The translations under genes were made by a program, and so were the position numbers. The notes under the pieces are model-generated. The model was not told the origin of the DNA. It saw only the letters and a list, made by a program, of their open reading frames with translations, and made no database searches. From positions 1 through 33,913 of IMG/VR virus record IMGVR_UViG_3300020045_002634: a stretch of 33,913 nt of DNA. One strand, given 5' to 3'. The stretch's first letter is position 1; every line of letters starts with the position of its first letter. Positions 7,046-15,978 of the stretch are shown one piece after another. The stretch comes from a virus (Duplodnaviria; Caudoviricetes).

Positions 7046-7393
7046 ATGAGCCAAGCTGAAAAACAAATGATTGAGGATTTGTACTTAGATTGTGATTTAG
7101 ATGATATAACGCCGATTTCAATGACTCCAAGTGGGGTTAAATATATCCAAGAGGATAGACAAAGTGATTACGGAGACGCTAAAGTATCTCATGCCTCAAT
7201 AGCTGAGTTTTGGAATTGCTACCTAGCACGCAAACAAGATAATGAACCATCGTGGCAGTTAGATGCTACTGACGTTGCGGTTATGCTATCACTAATGAAA
7301 GTATCGCGATTAGCATATAATAGAAAACATGATAGCTTTTTAGACTTTGCTAGTTATGCTGATTTTGCTTTACAGTTTGAAAGTGGGGAGTAG
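7046..7393 (+). CDS. DUF6378-family protein (putative all-alpha nucleotide pyrophosphatase-like)
   Basis: DRQSDYGD....IAEFW..YL...DVA.ML.LMK.SR....HDS.LD.ASYA. Confidence 0.8.
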   Translation: MSQAEKQMIEDLYLDCDLDDITPISMTPSGVKYIQEDRQSDYGDAKVSHASIAEFWNCYLARKQDNEPSWQLDATDVAVMLSLMKVSRLAYNRKHDSFLDFASYADFALQFESGE

Positions 7394-7534
7394 ATGAAAC
7401 GTAATTTCATACAATTATTTGTAATTGCACTTGGTACAGCATATTTAGGAGCTTATCTATTTAAAGGCGATGATAGCAATCTTACTATCTCAAGCATCTA
7501 TATTGCTGCATCTTTTATAATAGGAGCGATGTGA
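7394..7534 (+). CDS. 46-aa two-TM membrane protein
   Basis: MKRNFIQLFVIALGTAYLGAYLFKGDDSNLTISSIYIAASFIIGAM*; GGGGAG SD. Confidence 0.65.
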   Translation: MKRNFIQLFVIALGTAYLGAYLFKGDDSNLTISSIYIAASFIIGAM

Positions 7535-7728
7535 TGGAAGAAACTTACACATTCAGCCGCGCCCTTAATCTCATGCGTTATGGTGGAAAAAAAATGAAAG
7601 CCGATTGGTGGATAGATGAGGATTATTGCTATGTAGTCGATGGCGAACTTTGGAAGGTTGAAGGAAATAAAACCTTTGACAGACTTTTAAATGATGATAT
7701 CATGGGCTCATGGGTGGAAGTAAAATGA
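7534..7728 (+). CDS. DUF2829/Tad2-like small protein
   Basis: TFSRAL.LM..GGKK....W ... DDIMGSWVEV resembles the F..AL....GKK....W...D....W..V pattern; AGGAG SD. Confidence 0.6.
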   Translation: MEETYTFSRALNLMRYGGKKMKADWWIDEDYCYVVDGELWKVEGNKTFDRLLNDDIMGSWVEVK

Positions 7729-8039
7729 ATATCACAATCTACACTTTACGAGACGCAGGACTACCACTAATTAAGGCTAAAAACTTATTTGATATGGTTG
7801 CGCGTTATGTTGATCCGTTTCACGTTCAAGTTATACGCCCCGTAGTATTGAAAAACAAATTAACCGATACCACGTTAACGTTAAGGGCTTTTAAGCTGTC
7901 ACAGATTGATAATTTAGTACAGCATAGGTTAATCCACATTGGACGCTCTAAGCTATCTAATTGGATTGAATTAGCACGATTAGTCGAGGCTTTTAAAAAG
8001 AAGGAGAAAATTAATGAAATTAAATCCATCACGAAATAA
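7725..8039 (+). CDS. Hypothetical protein
   Basis: ATGA overlap at 7725; open frame. Confidence 0.7.
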   Translation: MNITIYTLRDAGLPLIKAKNLFDMVARYVDPFHVQVIRPVVLKNKLTDTTLTLRAFKLSQIDNLVQHRLIHIGRSKLSNWIELARLVEAFKKKEKINEIKSITK

Positions 8040-8490
8040 TATTCTATCTTTGATTTATATTCGTACCATTTTAGAGTTAGAAATAACCTATTCTGAAAAT
8101 GGTTTTATCACCGACTCAGGTAGGCTAACCACCACAATGATGGTTATATATAATCGTATCGTATCTCTTGAAAAAACACTTTATAGAACATTCAAAACGC
8201 TTTATACTGAATGTTTGGCTATTGCCCGCGAGGTGTGGACTAAAACAAAAACCGATAAAGACAATTTCGCTATTGAAATTGAACCCGTTGTATGCGGTAT
8301 TTATTTTGACAATGAAAAAGAATTGAAGAAACTAGGGTTACAGTCTAAACAATTCAGCGACATTTATTCACACTACTCACTTACTACTGAATGCGATTTT
8401 GAGGTAGTATCACGTAAATTGGTAGACGAGATTTTCGATAATACTCAAAAAGCTATTTTCGATTATAAAAAACAATTGAAAAGGGGGTGA
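8014..8490 (+). CDS. Hypothetical protein
   Basis: AAGGAG SD; 158 aa. Confidence 0.75.
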   Translation: MKLNPSRNNILSLIYIRTILELEITYSENGFITDSGRLTTTMMVIYNRIVSLEKTLYRTFKTLYTECLAIAREVWTKTKTDKDNFAIEIEPVVCGIYFDNEKELKKLGLQSKQFSDIYSHYSLTTECDFEVVSRKLVDEIFDNTQKAIFDYKKQLKRG

Positions 8491-8494
8491 TGTT

Positions 8495-8950
8495 TTGCCA
8501 AATTACGTAACCCCAGAGGATATTGAGGTATTACTGCCCGTTACTACATCAAACATATATACAACCGCTTTTAAGTATAAAAAAGAACAAGGCGTGTACC
8601 CATCATGGTATATAAGCAACGGACGTAAGAACAGTGGTAGAACTTGGGTAGATATGGACATATTGGAAGATCAAAGTAGATTTGTAAAAACGTGCTGGTT
8701 ATTATCAACTGATTATTTGTATTGGTGGTTAACTGATTGGATTGGAATGAATCAGTTTCAATTATCAAAAGAATTAGCGAAACGATCAAAGACTTTCAAC
8801 ACAGCTAGTACATGGGAATCATTCTTTAATCAATTATTATTCAATATTCCCAGAGACGTTGTGCTTTTAGAGCATAATAGCAGGCTTCGAGAATTCACCA
8901 TATATGGTACAGCGATGGCATTAGCGCATTACAGAGATCATTATCTGTAA
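8495..8950 (+). CDS. Hypothetical protein, possible DNA-binding regulator; last early gene
   Basis: GGGGGTG SD, TTG start, weak HTH-like segments. Confidence 0.7.
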   Translation: MPNYVTPEDIEVLLPVTTSNIYTTAFKYKKEQGVYPSWYISNGRKNSGRTWVDMDILEDQSRFVKTCWLLSTDYLYWWLTDWIGMNQFQLSKELAKRSKTFNTASTWESFFNQLLFNIPRDVVLLEHNSRLREFTIYGTAMALAHYRDHYL

Positions 8951-8956
8951 TGCTTG

Positions 8957-9010
8957 TTCATTAAGTAAATATTGGTTTATTTAATGAAGCCTATCCCGAA
9001 GGTAGGTTTC
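8957..9010 (+). terminator. Two adjacent hairpins at the convergence of the two arms
   Basis: ttcattaagtaaa/tttatttaatgaa (8957-8969 / 8976-8988) and gaagcctatc/ggtaggtttc (8986-8995 / 9001-9010). Confidence 0.55.
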
Positions 9011-9048
9011 AATACGATGACATTTTAAATTAAAGAAGTTCTTTTTAT

Positions 9049-9089
9049 AAAAAAACATGACTAGGTAACTGCATCGTTTACGCTAGTCA
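9049..9089 (-). terminator. Intrinsic terminator after the endolysin
   Basis: tgactag...ctagtca stem (9058-9064 / 9083-9089) followed on the minus strand by a T tract. Confidence 0.65.
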
Positions 9090-9533
9090 AACCGTAATTT
9101 CATAATGTGGATAATCTTGAAGCTTATGTTCTTTAATGTTTCCATCGCTATCCCAATCAGCCCCCCAAACGAGAGTAATTCCAAGTTCTTTTGCGCATTT
9201 AAACACTACTTTTTTAAGCTCTTTGAATCGTTCTAAATCCTTCCAATCAACCGGATAAGGTACAATATCAATGGCTAGTGATGGTGAGTGATTATGTTTT
9301 GATAGTTTATGTATTCCGTCAAAACCAGTGACAACATCTTTTCTACCAACAACTACCCATTTACCATCTATGTATTTACGACCCTTCTTGAATAAGAAGA
9401 ATTGTTCCTCAACACTGCGAGTCCCATACTCAACTTTAAAATCATAATGCTTGATAACCTCATTCATTACTTTCTGAATATCTGGATGACACGTTGCTAG
9501 CCTGTCAATACTTTTACTTCCGAATTTTGGCAT
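9087..9533 (-). CDS. Endolysin, M15-family (L-Ala-D-Glu) peptidase
   Basis: FG.KS..RL..CHPD, GTRS.EEQ, SKH...S.AID, WGADW, DYPHYE; GGAGG SD. Confidence 0.92.
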   Translation of the reverse strand: MPKFGSKSIDRLATCHPDIQKVMNEVIKHYDFKVEYGTRSVEEQFFLFKKGRKYIDGKWVVVGRKDVVTGFDGIHKLSKHNHSPSLAIDIVPYPVDWKDLERFKELKKVVFKCAKELGITLVWGADWDSDGNIKEHKLQDYPHYEITV

Positions 9534-9535
9534 AT

Positions 9536-9619
9536 TTATCCTCCATTATCTAGTGTTACCGTCATAAGTACGAAAACTATTACCACTGAAAGGACTATAA
9601 TTGGCAGCATTCTACTCAT
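9536..9619 (-). CDS. 27-aa single-TM peptide (possible lysis accessory)
   Basis: MSRMLPIIVLSVVIVFVLMTVTLDNGG*; fills the gap before the endolysin; weak SD. Confidence 0.4.
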   Translation of the reverse strand: MSRMLPIIVLSVVIVFVLMTVTLDNGG

Positions 9620-9634
9620 TGCTTATTGTAACAT

Positions 9635-10066
9635 TTACTTGTTGGGCGTATAGTCTGAGGCTTTGATAGCCCATATTGTCAACCCAAACAGCATTACAAG
9701 TATGCTTATGCCGATAGTCTTGGCAGCCATAACCATGCCTCCGTGTATCCTTGCCCCCTTCTCTGCCATTGGCTGTACAAGTAGGCAAGTGTCTGAGTGT
9801 GTTTTTTTCATCTCTTTGATGTCGCTAACAATTATGTCAATACGTTGGTGAATGTGTCGATGATCTCCATCATTTTGTTCTTCATGGTTAGCGAACTTTT
9901 CAAATAATACAGCTTGTTCGCGTTGAATCTCAATGGACTCTTTCATGTATGATTTTATTTCGCCAATAGATGAGGCAAGTACGGCTAGAATTTGACCTTG
10001 CTCGGTAACAGTCTTTCGCTGTTCTCTTAAATCTCCGTCAATAACATCGAGTCTTTCAGCACTCAT
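9635..10066 (-). CDS. Putative holin (coiled coil plus C-terminal TM, XhlA-like architecture)
   Basis: C-terminal TIGISILVMLFGLTIWAI; position upstream of the endolysin; GGGAG SD. Confidence 0.6.
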   Translation of the reverse strand: MSAERLDVIDGDLREQRKTVTEQGQILAVLASSIGEIKSYMKESIEIQREQAVLFEKFANHEEQNDGDHRHIHQRIDIIVSDIKEMKKTHSDTCLLVQPMAEKGARIHGGMVMAAKTIGISILVMLFGLTIWAIKASDYTPNK

Positions 10067-10095
10067 GACTCTCCCTTTTCTTTTGATTTACTTCA

Positions 10096-10494
10096 TTATA
10101 CATTAATTGCCTCGATATCGTGAAAGTTAAATGAGCTATCACCAAAGCTCACTACTGCCTCGTAGTACTTTAATGCTCTACGTCTTGCGAGTAGTGTAGG
10201 ATAGGAGAAGTCTTTAGACTTTGCAAACCATTTACCATACCACTTCATTCCTTTAGTATCGGTATTTCTATTTGCCCGTTCTTCAATGAGCATGAGCATA
10301 TTAGCCAAGAACTCTCTATCTGCACTCTGCTTATCAAGCTCTGTTCCGCCACGCTCGTATCTGTCATCATGGGGGCAACACGCACCTTTAATTGACAATC
10401 CATAGATAGTATCTGGAACGTAATCAAAGCGAGATTTATCACTGCCACAGCCACATCCTTCTTTAGGTTTATAATTAGGATGATGTGATAACAT
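10096..10494 (-). CDS. Phospholipase A2-like / DUF1353-like HD-motif protein
   Basis: GCG...ACCPHDDRY..GG...DK..AD.EF..NM...YYEAV..FG; start at a TGATG overlap with GGAGG SD. Confidence 0.65.
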   Translation of the reverse strand: MLSHHPNYKPKEGCGCGSDKSRFDYVPDTIYGLSIKGACCPHDDRYERGGTELDKQSADREFLANMLMLIEERANRNTDTKGMKWYGKWFAKSKDFSYPTLLARRRALKYYEAVVSFGDSSFNFHDIEAINV

Positions 10495-10811
10495 CAGAAC
10501 CTCCAATTGAATTGTGCAGATAATAAACTACCACTTACTGCTCCAAGCGTATCAGCGTACACGTCACCTACATCTTCAGTACCGTAGCCTCTGCCATCAA
10601 TAGCTTCTTTGGCAATACCAACCAATAAAGCTGAAGCAATACCAATAGCAACAGCTTCAAACTTACTTGAACCATAATGCCTAGCAATACCTGTAGCCGT
10701 TGCACCAATAGCCATGGAACCAATCATGTGCTTTTGCTTATCCTCTTGTTGGTACATTGGTTCAGCGTACAGTAATGCTGATAATAATAGTGCTAATATA
10801 AGTTTCATCAT
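10494..10811 (-). CDS. YfiM/VanZ-like membrane protein with signal peptide
   Basis: DK.KH..G, VG.AKE..D, D..AD..G pattern and hydrophobic helices. Confidence 0.7.
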   Translation of the reverse strand: MMKLILALLLSALLYAEPMYQQEDKQKHMIGSMAIGATATGIARHYGSSKFEAVAIGIASALLVGIAKEAIDGRGYGTEDVGDVYADTLGAVSGSLLSAQFNWRF

Positions 10812-12994
10812 GTAACTATATAGCTTCCAGATATTACAAGCGTAGTGCCAGTTAAGTCTTGTAGGTTTACATATCCCCCAGTCGTAAGGTCTAGCACTCT
10901 TAGTAATATAGTTGTCCCGTTTATAGCAAAATTAAATATTTTATCTGCTCCCAATGTTACCCCATCTACATAAACACTACACGGAGTTAATACTGCACCT
11001 GATACTGGCAATCCTCCAAGAGATGTTGCAGATGCTAATGTAAATGTATCAATTCTAGCAACAAAAGTTACAAGATTTCCAATCCTGATAAATTTATTAG
11101 TTTGAGTGCCTGACGTTATATTTGTTAATGTGAACGTACCAAATTCATACATATTTAAAGTATTATCTGATGTTGTTATATTCGCAAACTTTAAACCAGT
11201 ATTAAATGTATTCTCGAATATTACATTTGTTGCTGATGTAATATTAGTTTTTCCAGTAGAGTGGCCAAATGATACAGAATTAATGTTTAGTATATTAGTA
11301 GTTGCAGATGCTTTTATGCCAGTAATATTATACCCGTATGTATCAGAATAATCTTGGATTCTAATATTTGATATTATTCCATTTGTAGCCGATGTAGCAC
11401 CTAAGTCAATTGTTGCTTGCGCTGTAGATAAAGCTGATTTCTGATATGGATTGAATACACAATTTGATATTTCGTATGATAAAGCATAATCAATATTAAT
11501 TTCATGCCAATAATTTGCTTCAAACTCGCAATTGGTAAATCTAATACCTCTTGTAACAGCCTGTGTTGCAGATTTAACTATTCTAATACCACCAGTTGTG
11601 ATTTGTGCAGAATTTCCACATGACGAAACAGTTGTGTTATTGAAAGTTATTCCAACGCCAGCAATTCTTACACCATCTGAATAACACCATTTAAAATTAC
11701 AGTTGTTAAATAATAATTGTGACTGCCTACTACTGACTCCAAGATAGCCGTATGCTCCTGCATATTGTACAGTTACATTGTCAAACTCACCCAATCCAGT
11801 AGTATCTGCATCGTCTTTACCTACGACTGTTGTTCCTCCTATATATATCCCAGTACCAGAAGTATGTGTTATGTTTATATTTCTGTACAAAGGCTTCCAG
11901 TTGGCTGTTATAGAAAGTCCAGTTACCCCAATTCCTATAGAATTTCCATCAATAGTTAAATTAGTTATAGTATTTCCAATTTGAGACACTGGGTTTGTAT
12001 TGTCAGAACTATTAAGCGCATTTCCATTAAGCTTTATCATGGAAGTATTATTTGGAAAAGTTGCACTTGCTTTTATTATAGTTTTTCCAATACCTGCACC
12101 ATTGATTTTAATTCCATTAAAGTCTACGTATTCCCCTGCAACTATCATTGGTAGCGATGTTTCATATAGTATTGTATTAGAAATTGTAAATGTGCCACTT
12201 GGAAAATAAATATCCAATATCCCGCTTGATATGATTAGATTTACTGGTATTTCATTATCAGTTCTTGTTGTATTAGCACCAAACCATTTAACATTTACAG
12301 CACCACTATACTGTCTAGTCCAATACCCAGTAGCTCCAGCAAACACAGTACCGCCATTAGCTGTTCCAGTTGATGACCAGATAAAAGTACCGCCACGGTC
12401 TAGGTCTTTCACAATAGCCGTTTGATGCAACGCTGTGTCAATAGTAGCTAGGTCTGCTACTGTATCAACTATAATTCCATTAGTGGTATCTAAAATATTA
12501 GACGGATCAATATTCTCAATATAAGTACCGCTAACGTCCCAGCGAAACATCTTTAAAGCATCTGGAGCTGGTAGAGTAAACACATCCCCATCATAAGACT
12601 CAGGCAAAACAAGGCTTCTCTCCCATCTTACTTGTTGATCTAAGACAAGATATGTTTGGTAATCTTGGTCTAGGTCTAGTGTATCAGCGTACAAGTCACC
12701 ATTAGTCACGTAGTCAGTAGTACGTGAGATAGGTAAGGCCCTAGCTAGGGTAATGATATCATTAACACCTGCACCTGACGATAGTGTAACTGTGCCACCT
12801 AGCGTACCATTAATAGACACTGAGTAATCAGTAGTGAGCGTTAATACGTCATTAATGTCATCAGCTACTGCGCCAGCTAAAGTCTTATATACTTTAATAT
12901 CAGTATCGGCAAAGATAGCGAAGTTAAATGTGAATACCGTTTGTGATGTTGTAGCAATAAATTGTTGCTTCCCTGGGTTTATGTTAAATGCCAT
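10808..12994 (-). CDS. Tailspike / tail fibre with beta-helix (depolymerase-like) domain
   Basis: N-terminal QTVFTFNF......I.VY podovirus adaptor; RGGTFIW...GYW.RQY.G.VNVKWFGA; IYFPSGTF; N/I-rich beta-helix; C-terminal IRIGNLV...GLP. Confidence 0.88.
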   Translation of the reverse strand: MAFNINPGKQQFIATTSQTVFTFNFAIFADTDIKVYKTLAGAVADDINDVLTLTTDYSVSINGTLGGTVTLSSGAGVNDIITLARALPISRTTDYVTNGDLYADTLDLDQDYQTYLVLDQQVRWERSLVLPESYDGDVFTLPAPDALKMFRWDVSGTYIENIDPSNILDTTNGIIVDTVADLATIDTALHQTAIVKDLDRGGTFIWSSTGTANGGTVFAGATGYWTRQYSGAVNVKWFGANTTRTDNEIPVNLIISSGILDIYFPSGTFTISNTILYETSLPMIVAGEYVDFNGIKINGAGIGKTIIKASATFPNNTSMIKLNGNALNSSDNTNPVSQIGNTITNLTIDGNSIGIGVTGLSITANWKPLYRNINITHTSGTGIYIGGTTVVGKDDADTTGLGEFDNVTVQYAGAYGYLGVSSRQSQLLFNNCNFKWCYSDGVRIAGVGITFNNTTVSSCGNSAQITTGGIRIVKSATQAVTRGIRFTNCEFEANYWHEINIDYALSYEISNCVFNPYQKSALSTAQATIDLGATSATNGIISNIRIQDYSDTYGYNITGIKASATTNILNINSVSFGHSTGKTNITSATNVIFENTFNTGLKFANITTSDNTLNMYEFGTFTLTNITSGTQTNKFIRIGNLVTFVARIDTFTLASATSLGGLPVSGAVLTPCSVYVDGVTLGADKIFNFAINGTTILLRVLDLTTGGYVNLQDLTGTTLVISGSYIVT

Positions 12995-15978
12995 TATCGA
13001 CCTCCAAATATATCTTCATATTCTTGCTTTGCTTCTTCTAAAGCATCCTCTTTATCCATGTTTTCTTTTTCTACAAGGATATTTGCACTTCTTACAATGT
13101 CTTTAGCATGGAGTCGTAAGAATAATTCCTCATCATCTCTAGCAAGCTCTTTAAGTGCTGCCATATCATTCTTTTGTGTGATAGATTGGATATGCTTTAC
13201 CTTATCATCTTCAAGCATTGACAGATAGTTTTCATCTTGAATTGTATCATTTATTCGCTCGTGTAAAGTACGCCCACTGAAGTCACGGTATTCTTTACGA
13301 GCATACGTAAGCCACTTCTCACTATCCTCAGGCTTAATCTTCTGTTTACCTAGAATAGCCCTAGCTGGTGGTACTGCCATTTTCTTGGTTTGCTCATTGA
13401 GTCTTAATAGCTCTAAGCGCACTGGGTCTTTAGTTGAAGTCGAAGGACTCCATCTGATATAAGTGTAGTCGTGCGTAACTGGCTCACCAAATAAGTCACG
13501 TACTGGCGGTAGCGCCTCACTCATTGTAGGTATTTGAGATTGAATATACTCCATAACTCCTGCCGTGTTACGCTTGTACTCATCCATATCCTTAGTGATA
13601 TTACGTCTAAGCCCTGCTAGTGGTATCATCGTATTGGCATAACTCTGTGCTAAACGTTGGAATGACTTAGCATCACCTTCACTTACTGCATCCATGAATG
13701 TTTGTAGTCCGACTGCAAAAGTACGGTTAAGTGTATTTTCACTGATAGCTACAAGCAAGTCACTCATAACACTGTTAAACTTCTCATCTTCGCCATCGTA
13801 TAAATCTACATAAGATGACTTACGCTGATAGTCTGCAATAGATGCTGAGATACCAAAGAATGTAGCGAAAGGCTCTAGTCCAGTATAAGGTACATACTCT
13901 TTAGTGCCATCTTCGTTATTGAATACCATACTAAATGGCTTCATACCTGCCGCTTTCCAAGCATCACGCTCCGCTCTATCTTTAGGAGCTGGTCCAGTAA
14001 GATTACCGCTCTCAGCTAACATATAAGAAGTAGCCATAATGCCAGTACCTAAACTCATCTTAGCTAGTGCTAATTGCCCTTTAGCTCCTCCTGCTGCTAC
14101 TTCATCTCTAAACTTCTGGTGTAGTACTGCTGCTGGAGTACGCTCAACTAATGTTTGTCGTGTGATATTCCCTAGAGTCTTAACGAAAGGCACAACCCAT
14201 CTAGCCCCTGGAGTCTTATTAATAGCACTCATAATATTAGTAAGCATCTTACCAGGTGTTTCTTGGTATGCCATCTCTTTAGAGAAGTCCTCAGACTTAT
14301 TAATCATTGATTGGTGAGGGTCATTGATAATATTAGCTAGTGTTTCTTGAAACTGCTCAGGCTGAATTTCCCCACGGTTTACCATAGCTTTAGCTTCACG
14401 GAATGAGTTTGATGCTAGTTGCGCTCTCTCATTTAGAACTTTAAAGAATGTATCGGTACTGCCCATTACATTACGCAACGGAAACGCCATAGCTTTAAAA
14501 GCCATATCTGCAATAGCTCCTGATGTTTCGCCCATTGCAAACTTTTCTGAAGGCATAGGCATAACAAACGCTTCGCCAGTTGCACCCATACCTTTGTAAG
14601 GGTCGCCAGTCTTTAGTGTTTTCCATCCTGCTTTCATTGCGTCTTTGAATGATGATGAGTATCCGATAAGCATAGCAGTTACTTCATCGTTTTGTACCTC
14701 ATCCATAGCATGAGCGCCTTTAGGCATCCATGAAGCTACTTTACGCTCTGCCATGTTAACACTGATATTAGCGATAGTCCCCCCAAAGTTCAGCATCTGT
14801 GTAGATACCCCTGATAGCATAGATGACATATACTCAGTATAGAGTAGGTCCATACCGTACTTAGCATTGCTAGAGTAAGCATTAACCATCTTATTAATAC
14901 CAGTTGCGCTCTCTGAGTCGCTTATCATTGCTGCTACTTTGGTAATATCTAGCTCACGTTCCATAGCTCCAAGTGTCATAAGCACATCATTTTCATTACC
15001 CATCTGAACACCTAGCGCACGTAATCCACGGCCATACTCAGCACGTACACCCATGAACTTAGATTGAAACTTACGGTGAAAATCAAACTGTCTAGCGAAC
15101 TCTATCTTATCTTGTGGTGAAAACTCACCAGCTACTTTATCCGCTAACATTTTAAGCTTAGTAGCCGATTGATTAAGCACTTGGCGCATAGCTACTACAT
15201 ACTCAGCAGGAGGTATAGCACCGCCAGCCTCACGTGTAAATACATCACGTACGAATGTTTCATCTGCTCCAATATCGTTTGCAAACTTAAATAGCTGGTC
15301 ATCTGATACAACACCTCTACGCTCAAAGTCAATGTTTGCTTTGTTTTGTTCTGCGATACTTGCTATTACTGCATTAACATCATCTTCATTCTCTAAAGTA
15401 TTGAAGTTGATCTGATGTGATACTGAGTCATCGAATTGGTCAATATCCGCTTCTACTAAGTTGGCCGCTTCCTTCTCAGGGTTAAACTTAGCAAACTTAG
15501 GTGATGTCCCCTGCTCCATCTTAGTAAACATAGCATCAGGATTAACATCATTAGGCATAGGCACTACTTCTGCCTCGTGGACTGCTCTAGGTTTAGATAC
15601 TACCATCTCGCCTATTTTCTTTTCTTTAGGCTCAGGCTTCTTAGCTAGTATCTCACGGTTAGCCCATGCAGTCATACGTGTAGGCTTTGCCTTAGGCTTA
15701 GGTGCTTCTGCTGTTGGTTCAGGTGTATCTATTTTAGGCGTAGGTATTTCTGCACTCACTTTATCTTTAGGACTTGGCATAACTTTAGAGATTGGAACAT
15801 CAGGAGTGATGCCAATAGCCTTAGTGATAAAGCGTGTAATGTCTGCTCCTATTCCTGCTTCTGCCTCTGATACATCTATTACCTCAGATGGTGGCATCTC
15901 AGCCATAACCTGAGCATCCGCTAGAGCTTGCGCATCATCTATCTTCGGTTCAACTATTGTTAATTCTTCTTCATTCAT
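12994..15978 (-). CDS. Large internal virion (ejection) protein, LPD38-like C-terminal region
   Basis: 994 aa, last gene of the internal-protein block; PFVKT..NI, G.LTG..P...ER..W...G..P.S, YTGLEPF, RDLFGEP motifs. Confidence 0.8.
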   Translation of the reverse strand: MNEEELTIVEPKIDDAQALADAQVMAEMPPSEVIDVSEAEAGIGADITRFITKAIGITPDVPISKVMPSPKDKVSAEIPTPKIDTPEPTAEAPKPKAKPTRMTAWANREILAKKPEPKEKKIGEMVVSKPRAVHEAEVVPMPNDVNPDAMFTKMEQGTSPKFAKFNPEKEAANLVEADIDQFDDSVSHQINFNTLENEDDVNAVIASIAEQNKANIDFERRGVVSDDQLFKFANDIGADETFVRDVFTREAGGAIPPAEYVVAMRQVLNQSATKLKMLADKVAGEFSPQDKIEFARQFDFHRKFQSKFMGVRAEYGRGLRALGVQMGNENDVLMTLGAMERELDITKVAAMISDSESATGINKMVNAYSSNAKYGMDLLYTEYMSSMLSGVSTQMLNFGGTIANISVNMAERKVASWMPKGAHAMDEVQNDEVTAMLIGYSSSFKDAMKAGWKTLKTGDPYKGMGATGEAFVMPMPSEKFAMGETSGAIADMAFKAMAFPLRNVMGSTDTFFKVLNERAQLASNSFREAKAMVNRGEIQPEQFQETLANIINDPHQSMINKSEDFSKEMAYQETPGKMLTNIMSAINKTPGARWVVPFVKTLGNITRQTLVERTPAAVLHQKFRDEVAAGGAKGQLALAKMSLGTGIMATSYMLAESGNLTGPAPKDRAERDAWKAAGMKPFSMVFNNEDGTKEYVPYTGLEPFATFFGISASIADYQRKSSYVDLYDGEDEKFNSVMSDLLVAISENTLNRTFAVGLQTFMDAVSEGDAKSFQRLAQSYANTMIPLAGLRRNITKDMDEYKRNTAGVMEYIQSQIPTMSEALPPVRDLFGEPVTHDYTYIRWSPSTSTKDPVRLELLRLNEQTKKMAVPPARAILGKQKIKPEDSEKWLTYARKEYRDFSGRTLHERINDTIQDENYLSMLEDDKVKHIQSITQKNDMAALKELARDDEELFLRLHAKDIVRSANILVEKENMDKEDALEEAKQEYEDIFGGR

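Noticed and set aside
8957-9089. attP or dif-like site in the convergence region
   Set aside because: No integrase is encoded and I see no match to XerCD or XerH dif consensus sequences. Terminators explain the hairpins.
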